In this document: positions 1 to 14,917 of the stretch, piece by piece
Numbering within the stretch: the stretch's first letter is position 1
Layout: every line of letters starts with the position of its first letter
NCBI GenBank assembly: GCA_012295275.1
Contig: CM022671.1
Location: forward strand, 13,702,001 to 13,766,000
Length of the DNA stretch: 64,000 nucleotides
From: Chrysomallon squamiferum
Lineage: Eukaryota > Animalia > Mollusca
Reading direction: 5' to 3'
Made by a program: the position numbers and the translations under genes
Notes under the pieces: model-generated
The model's database searches: none
What the model saw: only the letters and a program-made list of their open reading frames with translations
What the model was told of the DNA's origin: nothing

Positions 1-442
1 AAAATGTTTAGCCAGTAATTTTCTGTAGTGAATCCTTTAGCATGCTTCAGTTTCAATTAAATACAGTGCCAATGACAACAGATACGTATTACCAGAATGG
101 AGATATGATATAATGTTAACTGAACTGTCAGATCCAGTTTCAGTAATATATATTTTTTATTATTATTATTATTTTGTTAAATAAATAAAATATGAAGCTG
201 GAATTTTAATAACAAAATAAAAAAATAAAAAAATAAAGTTTTCAGTCAATTCTAAAACTGACTTGATTGTAAGAAGAGAAAACGCAAGGGTTGGCCCATG
301 ATTTCATTAAAAGAAGATCACACCATTATCTGAATCACTAATAATTCATTAGAAAACAGTTTAACACACACTTTAAAAAAAATAATTTTAATATTTTTTG
401 ATGAAAATAATTTTCCTCTGTGTAATTATATTAGATTTACAG

Positions 443-506
443 ATACTGCTATTCCAGGCAGTAATGAATATTGATACAGGCAGGAACAAGAACATCTCTT
501 CAACAG
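443..506 (+). other. Candidate non-coding 5'UTR exon
   Basis: tttacag acceptor and CAG|gtattt donor around a more GC-balanced 64 nt; no transcript evidence. Confidence 0.3.
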
Positions 507-604
507 GTATTTGGTTACTGATTACAACATGAGAGTGTACGTAAAAACTAACTACAGATGTGATTTACTGCAAATAGAATAAAACAGAACTGAAAATCTG
601 TACA

Positions 605-686
605 CATGTTAGATGTGAAAGTGATGTTGATATTATTAAATACTGCTCTATTTAATAATATTAACATCACTTTCACATCTAACATG
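605..686. repeat. Near-perfect inverted repeat (38-bp arms, 6-nt loop)
   Basis: 605-642 is the reverse complement of 649-686 at 37/38 positions. Confidence 0.95.
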
Positions 687-2317
687 CAGAACAATAAAAT
701 AAAAACTAATCAGAAATACAACAACAATATATTGACAGTGAGACACTTTTGGTGTCTTTGTGTTTTTTTAATCATTTAATGTTGTCTAGCTAATTCACAT
801 CTGACTAATATATAAAGAATTTTATTTTTTATTTTTACATACGAGTTTTTTTAGAACTGCTTGCTGTTCTGTTGCCTAATCTACAAGAAAACATTGTGCG
901 CTATAGTTACTGGTTCTGGTGTACTTCATGCAGATCTTTTTACTTTTTCTAATTCCAACTTCCTTTTCCTTTTTTTGACTTTATCTTTTTCTTCTTCTTT
1001 TCTTTTAAACTGTGTAGTATAGTATTTCACATGTGTACTAACTTAGATTAATATAACTGCAGATAGATGATAGATGGAAATATGTCCTGATAACTGTGAT
1101 AGTTAGATTAATTCATTATATAGACAAAAGATAAATATGTTAGCATTTTGTATATGATGAAACACTTGGATGAATGGATTGAAAAATGGAATGATGGATG
1201 GACATGTATATTGGGCAAAATTAAAAAAGTAGATAATGTCATTAGAAATGGATAATGTATATGCATGGAAGCATAGACTGATGATAAATTAATGGATAAA
1301 TAAATGGATGGACTTGGGTAAATTAACAAAGAGATCATTAGAATACAGCATATGTGGAATTTGATAGACACAGCAAGTAAATAAGGTACTTGAAGAACAA
1401 AAGAAAACAAACTAAAGGACATACCAATATATACTGTTAATGTTACATTTTCATGTACACACCTTTATTCTTTATACTTACAATATGTAATCAGTCTCAT
1501 TTCTTAGCAAAAAAGAATGAAACAAAAAACAAAACCCAACAAAAACAAACAAACAAAAATAAATGGCTGCCATCCAATAACCCTTATGGTAATTTTCTCA
1601 ACTACGTCTACACTCTTACATGAAATCAGATTTCCCTTTAGGGTAATTAATGGGGAAACAGTATCTGATGTTCTTTGTTTTTGCTTCCTTGTATTGAAAA
1701 CAATACATCAGTGTTCTTCACTCTATTGATGTTTGTTCTGTTGGAAACTGTCAACCAAGGGTTTCCCATTAATAAAACCTGCAGTCACAAACAGGCTGAC
1801 ATTATTTCATAAGGTATCTCAATGTTAAATTAAAATTCTGTAGTTACTGGTGTTATTTTCAAATATTATTTGCTATGATTATTGTCTGCACTGTGTGGGG
1901 GCTGGAAAATGGAGAACTGTTTTTTGTAACAGGCATTTTATATAAAATATATAAACAAAATAAAAATTATCATAATCAATATCATTATTATTATTTATTA
2001 TAATTATTATTATTTTCTGTACAGATTATGTAAGATTTTTAAAATTGGTTTCTTCAGACTAAACATTTATAATTAAAGGTTTGTTATATGGATACATGAC
2101 ATTCATAAGAAATATGTGTGTGTGTGTGATAAACATGAGGTAGTGAGATAACAGCAAGTTTTGTTGCTATGGTTTTCTACAATTTTAAGACATTTGTTGT
2201 TTTTAATAATGCACAGTTTAAAATGTTTCAATCATCAAAATCGCCTTGGAAAATATAATACACATTACATTTTTTCCAGTATGAGTACTAATATATCACT
2301 ATTTATTTGTTTTTCAG

Positions 2318-2376
2318 ATGTTTAATATCGACCTATGAGTTCTTCAGGAAGAGTTAGAACTATATCAGAAAACTTA
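2318..2376 (+). other. Candidate 5'UTR exon of the NR gene
   Basis: Pyrimidine-rich acceptor (tttgtttttcag) and consensus GTAAGT donor. The first coding exon begins at an acceptor (20461), so upstream exon(s) are expected. Confidence 0.5.
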
Positions 2377-5300
2377 GTAAGTAAAATATTAATTATTGAA
2401 TCATATACATCTAGAGCATTAATAAATATATAATCTTTAGTTAATAACATTTTTTAAATTAATTATTTGTGAGTTTGTAATAATATTAATTAAAAAATTA
2501 AAGAGAAACCACTACAAAAATATCTTGATGATCACAGTGTCAGTGGTGAGGTATGATAACAACCATAAATAAATGATAGTACTTGTATGTTGTTATTATT
2601 TACATCATTTTTTTTTATTTTATTATTATTTTTGTATATATGTGTAAAAGTAGATTAGGAATTTTTGTTTTGGCTTGTTTAATCCTCGACTTCATTCCAA
2701 CAAGACAAATTACTGGCTATTTATATCATCGGTAAATAATGGCTGCATGAAGTATTTGTGAAAATGTGTCATATTAATACCACTTTCTTAATTACATGTA
2801 CCAATTAATATGTTCATATTAAGCAGCAATGTGCATTTATGTATGTGCATATGTCTTGATATTTGATCTAAGAGTTCCTTATAGGGAGTGTAGTTTTAGT
2901 AACTCTTTCATACTTTTATGAAATGTAAACAACAAAGAAAAGAAAAAAGCTTAATTTGTTTTAAAGCTTGGTTGATAGTGTATATAAATCATTTTGTATT
3001 TCATGTGTGAAAATGTTCTCATGTTTGAGTGTTCTGGTAAATAATTTTTGTCACAAACATAAAGCAGATTTGTAGTTGTTCTCATTTTTTAAAATTATGT
3101 GCAGAAAGAGAAACTGTTCTTGTTTTTTACTTAAAATTTATATATCACTTAATATTCACTGATTATGTACATATTCAGGAAAAAAATGTCTTGTCTAAAT
3201 CCATGTAAGATCATTTTCACTGACCTAAATTCATTAAATAAAACCCCCAAAACTACTGCTTCTTGAACTGGATTTCACTGCTTATACACATGGTTATGAA
3301 CTTTTATAATCAAACTAATAATGAAATATCAGTGGTCATTATTGGTTCAGATAAACTTTCCTTCATCCCCTCTGATAGCAGTGATCTTTTTGACCACACA
3401 TTTCATGAGTTCATCACAGATATCACACTGCTGAATATGAAGTTCTCAGCAAACATTACTGAATTTTTTACATGTAAAGAAATTATCAACAAACATTAGC
3501 GAATTTTTTATATATGAAGAAATTATGATCAAACATTAATGGATTTATTTTTATATAAAAAAACAATTATCAACATTAACAAATATTTTTTGGATTTTTT
3601 TGTTTGTTACTTTATTAACATTAATGGTTTGGGTTTATATATATTTAACTATATATATGTCTAACTATCATTAGTGGATTTTTTTGTATTAAAAAGTGAT
3701 CAGCAAAGAGAGAATTGTTTAGTACAAAGAAGTTATCAGTATGCTTAGTGGATTTTTATTTCAGTGTATAAAACATTAAATTTCAGGCATAAATTGTTTT
3801 TCAGTAATTGTTTTGATAATGTGTTGTGTAGAATCTCTTGTAACAAGCCATGATGGAGTGATGTTGTTCTTCACAAAAGTAAATCATCGCTGCAGAAATT
3901 CATATTTTCATGCTAGTGGTCACAGGTGACTATCACAATCACTTTCATCTTGCCTCCAGTTAATTTTTCATACATGAATGACTTTGATGATTGATTTATT
4001 TTACAGGTAATCAAACATCTAATGTTCTCATTGCCACTGGCCATTGTGACCAGCTCCCAATTGTACATTTGGCAATAACGGGCAGATTTACATAAATATA
4101 TTAACAGCACCAACCCAGCCTGGGCAACTGGCTGGACAATAAAATGTTGTTGGTAAATGGAAATGTAATTTCTCTAATAAATAATACTGTGTTAAGTATT
4201 AACATTAATGTACTGAACACTATATTAACCATTTATGAATGTTTGGAGATATCTAGGGTATCTAATACTTTTTTTAAATACATTCCACATTTTCTAGGAA
4301 AATTCTCTAGGGAGGTTATTTAAGTAGGAGTTACGGCCCCTGCCTTAAAGTAGCATTTGTGGGGGTTTTGGGTTTTTTTTTGTTTGTGGGGTGGTTTGGT
4401 AGCTGTATTTTTTTTCTCATTTATTTTTTATTATTATATTTTTTTTTTTTAGTCACGTTTGAAACAAATTGTTAACAAACTTAGAAAATTAAATGTTTCA
4501 TTTCAAGTTATTTTCACCTTCGTTTTGATTTTTTGGAAGAATTTGTGTTTGTTCTTAATTTGTATGAAGCAGTTTACAAATAACCATATAGCTTTAAACT
4601 AAGACTTAAATATTTTTAGTTTTTTAGTTTTAAATTTTAAATTATTTTGATGTGTTTAGTCTGTTATTATCATTGTTACTGAATATGCCATCCACATTGT
4701 TGTCTTTTATAAATTTTGTATTAATCTTTTCACCTATCATTCATCCAACAGTCCTGTTCATTGGTATGTCCTTTCATGTATCCATCAGTTTATCTCTTCA
4801 TTTGTCCTTCACTTTATCCATCAATATACCTGTCTGTTATTCATCTGTCAGTAAGAACATTCAGTGGATTGTGGGTGTGGGTTTCTTCTGCTCACTGTTA
4901 CATACATGCACATGTTCAAATATTTTAATACTTAAAGTTTTAGTGAAGTCTCAGCAAGATTCTCACAGATTTTTCAGAACTGTTAATTACAGTTCCATCT
5001 GTGGATGACATTGTGTTGAAAATTTCAAATGTTATTTTCTTTAGTGATCAGTTTTCTAGTTTGGTAGATTTTCCTTTTCCTTTTTCAATTAATTTTCTGA
5101 ATTTCATTTCAGTTACAGTTTCATTCTAATTTTAATCTTGTTGTTTCATGACAGTTTTATTATTGAATTTTATGTTTATTTTGAAAAACTGTCCCTTTCA
5201 TTTTAATTTTGTTATTTTATTATTTTGAAAGCAAAATGGATGGATGGATATTTGGATTAATGGATTGAATGACCAGTGGATGAAGTCAAGTTGAAAGACA

Positions 5301-6937
5301 TCATCACTAAACATTATTGTTTCTGTGTGTGTGATGCAGTAATGAGCTTGATGAAAAGGTGCATTACTGTCATTAACAGAGTTAATTTACAGCTCATTGT
5401 TGGGCGTAAATCAATTCAGGTGTAAGAATGTCTGTAAGTACTGTTTCTCTGTGTGAATGTCATTTCTCACAGATTCTTTCCCAGCAATTAACATGCATTG
5501 TTACCTGTTTTCTCTCTGCTCCTTGCTCTGTTTGCACTTACATATTACATATTTGCATGTGCACACACACATGCCCATGGATCTGCATGATTAACAGTTA
5601 TTTAATTAAGTGCCTTATGAATGTTTTAGAAGTATGTTTGTGGAGGATAGTTTTTTTTAGTTTTTTTATTATTATTATTTTTTTAAACTTGTGGATTTTT
5701 TAATATAATGAGTCTATGAAAATGTGTGTGTTTGTTAGTTTTAACATCATAAATTAGACAAATGTCCTATTAGCACCAATGGTTACAATATATTTTTATT
5801 TTTAAAGTTTAAATTTTGTCATATTCAGGGTTCTTTGTTAGGAGGGTTGTTTTGTTTTGGGAGGGGTCTTCTTTTTTTTTCTTTTCCTTTTTCATATATA
5901 AAAGATTTTTTAATTTTTATTATTGTAAGAATGTCATGTTTAATATGATAATCAAAATCAAAACAATGCTTAGTTAATATTCATTTTACATACATTAATA
6001 TTGTATTACTAAAATATGAATACAGGTTGTCATTTCTTGTATGCATAAGTGTATGTCTTTATTAAGCATGTATGTGTAAGTGTGTATGAATGTGTATGTA
6101 TCTATATGTATATATGTGTATATATTAGTATTTTCACTAATTTGAATTTATTAACACTTATGCTCAATTAATTATTAACACTGGTCTTCATGCAATGTTC
6201 TTGCAAATGCACTGCAACACAAGACTGAACGAGTTACTTGAATGCGAATTGTTGTTTTTATAAGATTTTAATTAACTTCTCACAGGACTGACAAATCTTT
6301 GAGTCCTAATTACAGAGAGGAGATTGGTTTACAAGAGACTGTTGAATGAAAAGAATACCCACATGGAATGTAGCATTCAACTCCATCATGTTGTAATTAA
6401 AGTCTTAGTCGCCTTGATCATTTGATTTATCTAATTCACTGACAATTATATTTATACATAGAACTCTGTGTGTGCATGTGTTTGTGTGAAATAAAATTTT
6501 CTGGTGTTTTAAAGCATATTTATTTCAATTTTTTTGATTAGTAACTTATTTTTATTTATTTAGTTAGATAACAGAATATATTGTTATCTAAAGAAATATA
6601 TATAATATAAAATATAAACATGTTTTCTTTCTGTATGTGTAAAGTCGAGAAAGTTTTAAAATAGTTTATTAGAAATATAAATTAATGATTAAATTAATAC
6701 ACTTAAAAACTAAAATAGAAAAAAAATTAAGTAAAATATTTTCTATAGTTTTATTCTCCAAATGGCTTTAGAATGGTGTGACTGTTTAAAGGTCTGTGCA
6801 ATAAAAGAAACAATAAAACTGAAGTTAGCAAAATGTTTAGCACTGCATTGTTTCAGTTTTACATGTGATAGACAATTTGAAATAAGTTTCTTTCCTTGTT
6901 TTTTATTTTTTATTTTCATCTTCTTTGGTGTTTTATA

Positions 6938-6979
<42 letters not shown>

Positions 6980-9291
6980 TGTTTATTTATTTATTTATTT
7001 ATTTATTAGTTTATTTATTTTTTATTTTTTTAAATTTTTTTTAAAGAAACATCCTGATTTATCAGAACAAACAAATCATAATTTAACTATTTATCCAAAT
7101 TATTAAATTATTAAATTATTCATAATTATTGCTATAGTTATATTTTTTAAAATGATAAAATTATTTCATTTATTTATATAGTAAAAACTATTTATTTTGA
7201 TAATTGTTTCAGCAGGATGTTAGAAATAATGTTAATGTAAATAGTGAAACAGCTTAAACATGACAAAGCTAGTAAACTATTAACATAATGTAACTATTAA
7301 CATGATTAAAGTATAAACTATGTACATAATTTACTTAATAATGATTAAACTATTGCTAATGGTATTTCACTGCAAACTATATTGCATTTATATTATTATT
7401 ATATGAAAGTGAAAAATAATTATATTATTGACTGTTGTACACAATTTATATGTGGTTTATACAGTTGAACTGTTTTTATACCTACCATAAGTATTAAAAA
7501 TAAAATAATTTTTCAGTCTACTATCTGCTAACTACATTCTTTTTAATTAATTGAAATGTTAACTAATGAAACTATATATAAAACTAAAATGTCTGTAGAA
7601 TGAATTTGAATTTATTGTTCTGCTGATGTAGGATAAGTGTATTAATATAAAAAAAAAAAAAAATGTTTAAAAGTGTAAAAAAAAAAAAATTATTTAAATT
7701 ATTTAAATGTTTAAACTGTTTAATGATTTAAAATTTAACTTTTTACACTTTTACATTTTAACTGTTTTATCAACTGTGTAAGTCATTTAAAAATGTAATT
7801 ACTATATATATATTTTATTTATTTCCATTATTCATATGTACCAGCTGTTCAATTACATTCTTTTGATTTTATGTAACAGCTTAAAATGTTTAATAATTAT
7901 TTAATTACTTCCTCTTTTAAACCCTTAGAAGAAAAAAAAAGAAGAATTAAATGCTTTAACTGTTTGTGTTTTAACTATTAACAAAATAAAATGCATTAGG
8001 AGATTTAAAATTTTGGTTTAATTATTAATGTTTCAACTGTCAAAAATAGATTATTTAAGAAATTTTTAAAATTGATGTATAACTATTTACATGTTTTAAC
8101 TGTTGAAAAAGTTAAATAATTTAAGATATTTATTTTTTATTTTTAATTCCTTACATGTTATAAATATTAAGAAGTAAAAAACAATTTAAAATTGTATATT
8201 AACTTGTTTAATTAAGTAAAAAAAAATTTTAATAATAAAATCTATATTTTAACTATTAAAAATATCAAAATAATAATTAAAAGTTTACATAATTAAACTA
8301 TTTAAATATTTCACCTTATTTTCACTAATTATACTATTATTACTGTTGAGCATTCAGACATCTTACATTTTGTTTGGCCATAAACATGCACAAACTTGTT
8401 TTCCTGTTTGTTTTACACTATAAATACTTTGTATGTGGATAATCCCGCATTTGTTGGCATTTTAGACACTCAGATGTAAAAAATAATAATAATAAAAATA
8501 GATTTATTTGTATCTACAATTGATGTAGGTGTAAATCTGAAAATTTGGGGTTTGAAAGATTAAATAAATAAATAAATAAACAAAATAAAGCATTTGTTCA
8601 TGATTTATTTAAAACTGCTCTAATTAGTTTTCAAAATTAATTAATATTAGTCGGTTTTTCTAAGCAATCGTTAAATTCATTTATTAATTATTTATTTACT
8701 TATATTTATTATTGTTATTGTTGTTGTTGTTCATTATTTTATGACTCAGGATACATAAAAATAAATAAAATATTTCAATAAATTGTGTTTAAAAAATAAT
8801 AATACATCTAATAGCTTTAATACATCTAATAGCTTACCCATTGCCAAGAAATTAAAAATGTCAATAAGAAACTCAAAATTAATTAAAAATATTTAAAACT
8901 TTTAATAGTAATATATTTAAAAGATACGCATAAAAAAATTATTAAGAATTTAATAAACAAATCAAAGTTAATTAAATAATGTTTAAAAGAGGTATTATAT
9001 TCAAAAGTTATTCAGCTGGTCATTTTATTATGATATTATGTGTGAGTGTGTGTTGGGGTTATATATTTGTATGAACACCATATGTGTTTTTCCATCTCAG
9101 TATAATCCTGTCAACACATTAAGCTGGCTTTATTGTTTTCTGATATATCTGAGGTGAATTAACTACAGTAACACGTTTGATCTCAACATCTCAGTTTAAA
9201 AATGCACACTAACATTTATCTGCCAGCCACGTCTTAACTCAGAACAGTAGCCACTGACATCACAGCGAGATTTCAGTGAGTAAGAGAGAGC

Positions 9292-9307
9292 AGGTCACTA
9301 GAGGTCA
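9292..9307 (+). promoter_or_regulatory. Perfect DR4 nuclear-receptor response element
   Basis: AGGTCA-ctag-AGGTCA. Motif certain, function inferred. Confidence 0.6.
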
Positions 9308-9791
9308 ACGTTCTTGCTTCACTGAATTATTGCAGTGGCCACTGTTAGGATACAGTGGTCTAGATTCGCTAGGAAATTCAACAGTGACTACTAGGGCAGA
9401 TAAGTATGTCAAGTTTTGTTTTTGTGTTTTTTTCAGCAACTTGGTTTTTTTTTCACTTAACTATCTTATTGTTTTCTACCTTCATAGTTGATGATGGATA
9501 TTCACGTATAGCCTGCTGATGGTTATGCCATATTGATCTGGTATGTGCATGTGTTAGGAATGAAGTGTGGGCAGTGTTGTTTATGTTTCACTGCATCTAT
9601 GTCAAGCTGTTTTTCAGCCATTTTCACTGCCACTTAATTGTTGTCAGTGGCAAATTTTGTCAATACTCACTCTGTGGACACCTCTGTAGACTGGACATTA
9701 CTGTTGGATGATTATCTTGTTCAATATTTTCTCCATTTTGGAAATAAAGTCTGAGCTGAGATACCTGTGTAACAATGGCTGCTTTTCGGGC

Positions 9792-9802
9792 TAAGTGGGT
9801 CA
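9792..9802 (+). promoter_or_regulatory. RORE/RevRE monomer site
   Basis: TAAGTGGGTCA matches WAWNTRGGTCA. Confidence 0.55.
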
Positions 9803-12800
9803 GGCAGGCCTAGTTTCCATGGATGGCTGTGGTTGAGCTAGAAACAAGCCACGATAAGTCTATGTGCTGTACCTGATTATATCTCTTCATATCTTCTATT
9901 CTTTTTTTCACAAAAGGTTAGTGGTTATTGTTTTGTGTTAATGTTTTTATGCCGAATTAAGCTTTATCTTGGTGTTTAAGTTAGTCCATTTCTTCAACTG
10001 TCAGTGAGGATAGGGTTTTATCAGTAAGACACTGAAAGAAAATACTGGATGGGGAAGTAATGTTTTAGTTGATTTAAATGTTTGATATAATTTTGTCAGG
10101 TTTTGTAATTGAATTTGTGTATGATATTGTTTTATTTATGATGTATGTATATTTAATGTGTAATCGAGAAAGTTTGTATGTGTTTGATTTATGACAATAT
10201 ATATGGGAATATGTATGTGTTAATCATATCTGCTGTGAGTAATTGATTTAGATGTTATATTATATGTATCAGTTTTAATTTTTAAGATAGATTATATGAT
10301 TAACCAATTAAACATGAAATGTTATTTATTCTGGTTATTTTTATATCATATTTAAGATGATTTAATTCATTAGTCCTATTTTAAAAAATGTAACTGAATA
10401 ATATTTAAATTTATGACTATAATACATAATTTTCTTTAAAAAAAGCAAAAACAAAATAAAAAATTAAATACAGACTGTCCTTTCATAAACTGTCAAAATG
10501 TTTTGAAATAAACATGTCATTTTTTGATGCTATTTAAAAAATTATAAACCAGAAAGTAATGGTAATTCATTTACAAATGTTTGGAAAATAAAAAAATTTC
10601 TCTCTCTTTTTATTATAGTTGTTGATTTTATTATGTTTGATTACTCTCAAGATTTTAAAACATTTCAAAAAGATTCCTTAATGTTGATTTTTTATTATCT
10701 TCTGAAATAATCTTTCAGTTAAAATTAAATTTAAAATTAAGTCTTTTAGTCTTATTATCCAATTACTATTAACTTTCTTATTAAATTATTAATGAAAAAA
10801 AAAGATATATAAATAATTTTTTTTTAAATAAATAAATAAATAAATACATTTTAATTCAAAACGTCTGTTTCCTGACATATTTTAATTATTTTCATGTAAT
10901 AGACTTTAAAATGTAATTTTACCAAAATTTTATATATATACTAGCAGTCATAAAATATTTTCAAAAAATGGTTATTTGCAAACAAAATGAAAATAGCATT
11001 CATATAAACAAATTTCAAAAAATGATTTTTTAAATATTAAATAAAGTGTAATATAATAAAACTTAAAGAAATAATATAATTAAATAATAAGCAAAATATG
11101 GTAAAAAAATAAATAGTTAAATATAGTAATAAAAGGTATATAAAATGTAATTAAATAAAAAAACAATTAATAATAAATGAAAAATAACATGATAAAATGT
11201 TATTAAATATATAGCAAATTTAAAAAGTTAGAGAAATAAAAAAATGTTTTTTGTGTGTGTGTGTGTGTGTGATGAAAGCAGATATAACACTGCACATGCA
11301 TACATAGATTTCCAAAATAGCCACTTTTAGTTTTTTAAATTAAGTATTTGTTCCTTTGGGCTGTCAATTTATTATTTTTATTTGTTTCAGCCTTTTTATA
11401 TATTGTTTTAAATGTGATTTTGGTAGATGTTATTGAAAATTTTATTATATATATATATATATTGTTATTTTTTTCTTGTCATTTATAAGAAGATAAAGGA
11501 AACAATTAAAAATTATTTATTCTAAAGTCAATTTAACACTTATTTAAAAAATTCATTATTTTATAAAAGAATTTCATATGGGTTAAAATAGCATATATTT
11601 ATTTTATATAAAATGATATTTCTTCATAAATTTATTTTTTATTGTGTGTGTGTGTGTGTTGATAAATGTAAAATATAATTAAAATAATATATACTAAATT
11701 TATAAAATGTATTTATATTTTCACTTATTCCCATGTTTATTTTTTTCAAACAATTTCACATTTTTAATAAACAAAACCAGGAATTGCTAAGATGTAACTG
11801 AGATTTCCATAATAAAGTAGTGATCTGTCATTGGTCAGTTCTTGAACGTTCAGTGCGTAGTATTGACCAGCATTTGATGTTTAATTCCATGAATTAAATT
11901 TGAGGAGAAGTGCAAAACTAATCAGTTTTGGTACATTTTCTTTAGTTCAGAATAACTAGATGAATGCTAAAGAAGGGCAGTGCTTTCACAAGTGATAGAT
12001 GGAAAACCAATTTGAATCTTTTAGGACTTTTTTTCCAATCCAAAAACAATTGCAGGTCTGGTTTGATGGAAATATTTAATATTTATTTGTGTAATGTTTT
12101 ACATGTTTTTCAAAGAAATAATTCAAATTAGAATTTTTTTTTTTTTTGTTGATTTAATTTATTTTGTTCTTTTTAGGGGTGGGCTTAACTTTTTGTCATT
12201 TGTTTGTTTTTTCTGGGTTTTTTTGTTTTTGTTTTGTTGTTTTTTCTTCCAATTCAAACTTAAATGCAGGTGTTTTGTATCAGAATCACTTTATAATTGC
12301 AAATCGTTTTTAAATCAGACATTTAATATAATAGCTGTTCATCTTGAATGTGTTTTATCTGTTCATCTTGAATGTGTTTTATCTGTTCTCTGTGTGTATG
12401 TGTGTGTGTGTGTAATTATGTTTTTGGATGTTTATTATTTTATAGATATTTATAAAATTAGTATTATTTCTTTATTTCTTCATTAATTATTCAAACAACT
12501 TTATAATTTCATTAAATTACAAAATAACTCAGCCTTTGTTTGACTTTTGTTCTTGCGAAATAAGAATGTTTCAAAGTACTTGAATCAATTTGTTATTAAT
12601 ATTAAAAGTTGATTTTTTAAAAATAATTTGTTTTATTTATTTATAGATTTGTTTTTTTTATGTGTGTGTGTTATTTCATAAATTAAAATTTTTAATAATA
12701 TAAAAACCAAATAAACCAGATTTTTCTTTCACAATCTGAATACAGACATACTGTACCTTATAAAATCTAAACTTTCTTCACTGGAATAGGACACATAATT

Positions 12801-14737
12801 TCCAAATTAAATAGAAATGTTTAAAATGCTTGCAGCATGTTTGATTTTCTTTTTGTTTCATTGCAAATTAAGCACACAGTGTTGCACAATGATTTATCAA
12901 AAACTGCTAATCAGTAGGCGTGTGTGTGTGTGTGTTTATATATATATATTTTATGTAAGTATGTCTGTTAGTAGGTGTACTTATGTTTGAATGTATATGT
13001 ATATAATGTATATATATGTATATATATGTACATGTTCATGTATGTATGGTTGTTTTTTTCTACATGTGTATGTACTTAGAAACAGTTGATATGTTTATGT
13101 AAAATGTATTGAGTTTCAGGTTTACTATAATTATGTTTGGCTTATTCCTGCATAATCTTTATGTATGAATGTGTTTATGTGTGTACATGTGCATGTCTGT
13201 GTGTTTGTGTGCATGTACATGCAAGTGCACATGCATCTATATATGCATTTATGTTGAATATGTATTCACACATACACACATCCTTTGACACATAAAATAG
13301 ACACATGAAGCGATGATAAGAATTTGTTTACTCCATCACAGTTAAGAAAGCATTCGTTGTTTTCAGAGTCAGACATTTATCATTTGGCCTGCATCTTAAT
13401 CAGCAGATTTAAAATATGCATTCATTAATCAAACCAGTAATTTATAGTTTTAAACCTTGGCATTTACGAAATCATTTATTTATAAACTCAGTATTCAGTG
13501 ATAAATTTAAATGGCTGTAATTCTTGATAAAATATAATAAAATTATCATCCCTAAAAATTTAAAAATAATGAACATCATTGAAAAAAATAATACTCAGTT
13601 TTAAAATCAGTAAATTTGAAAAATAATTTAAATTTAGAACAGTTTAAATTGAGTATCCAATCACCTCTGCATGCAGCTAAAATATAATTTATTTTGACAT
13701 TATTTAAATCCACAGCATTCAATAATGAAAATAAAATTTTAAGAATAGTTTAAATAACTCCTATACCCACTAAAACCAAAAAAATAAAAAAATAAATAAA
13801 TAATAATTATAATTTATGTATGGAATTGTTCAGTATTAAAATTATAATAAAAAAATGTATATAAAGATATATAAATGAATTCACAGAAATGCTGAACTGA
13901 TAATCAGTGAGTCACTGAATCAGTCCTGTTTATCAAAGGCTTTATAAAAGCTCAGTTGCTGCTGATCTAAAAGAACAGCCGAGGGCAACAAAGGTTTTCC
14001 ACTCTGGTAACACTGATATATATAAAACTTCAAGTAACTCTTTAAAGAAAAAAATTTCATCTCTCATATAAAAACTGATTCAGTTAACAATTTACAAATG
14101 CATCTGTTTTATAAAAGAACTCTTTTTGTAAGCCTTTGTCTTGTACAAACAATTTTAATTAAAGCTTCATTTTTCTTCTTCTTTTTCATATAATATAAAA
14201 ATATATCTAACAGTACTATCTTTATATTGTTTGCCAAAATGTCAAACAAGAGATAGAATTATATTTAGAGGAATTAGAATTTGTTTTTTGATGGGTTTTT
14301 TTTCTTTTTTGTTTTTTATTTAAAGAACATAAAAGAATAAAAGTAAAAAAAAGATAACTGAAAATAAAACAGTTAATTTACAGCTTGACAAAGATAAACT
14401 GAAGATTTTTGTCTTTATATCAAAATGTCTTAAATCTGAATTTTGTTGTTTTTTCTATATTTTATTATTTAATTAAACCTTTTCTCTTTCTAATGTTATT
14501 TGTATTTTCTTCTTTCTTATTTTTTGGTTATGTGGAAATGTTTTACTTTATTTAAGTATTTATTTATTTACTTGTTTTATACACATGCAGTAATTGTGGG
14601 TGTATCCACACAGCTGCTGCCCCACCCACACAGTGAACTGAGCCCTCTTTGCAGCATCAGACTGGTTTGTGTGTAAACACATGTAGATTCTCAACAATAT
14701 GTATGTACATATTGAAAAATTCTTAACACAGTTGACA

Positions 14738-14917
14738 GCCAATCAGATTGCCCTCATCTGACCTTGTGACCTTAGGTCAGGTGTTTGGTATTGTTGAGCA
14801 GGACCTGTTGACCACTGGAATTTGACCAGTTTCTGTATTACAGAGAATTAGCTTGCTTCTAGCCAGTGACAGGGATGACCTGATATGAAATTACGTAATG
14901 GGGCAGTGACCTATTTG
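14738..14917. promoter_or_regulatory. Cis-regulatory module: CCAAT + DR2/ER1 + D-box + RORE-like site
   Basis: GCCAATCAG from 14738; TGACCTtgTGACCTtAGGTCA 14759-14779; TGACCT 14876; ATTACGTAAT 14890-14899; TGACCTATTT 14907-14916. Confidence 0.6.
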
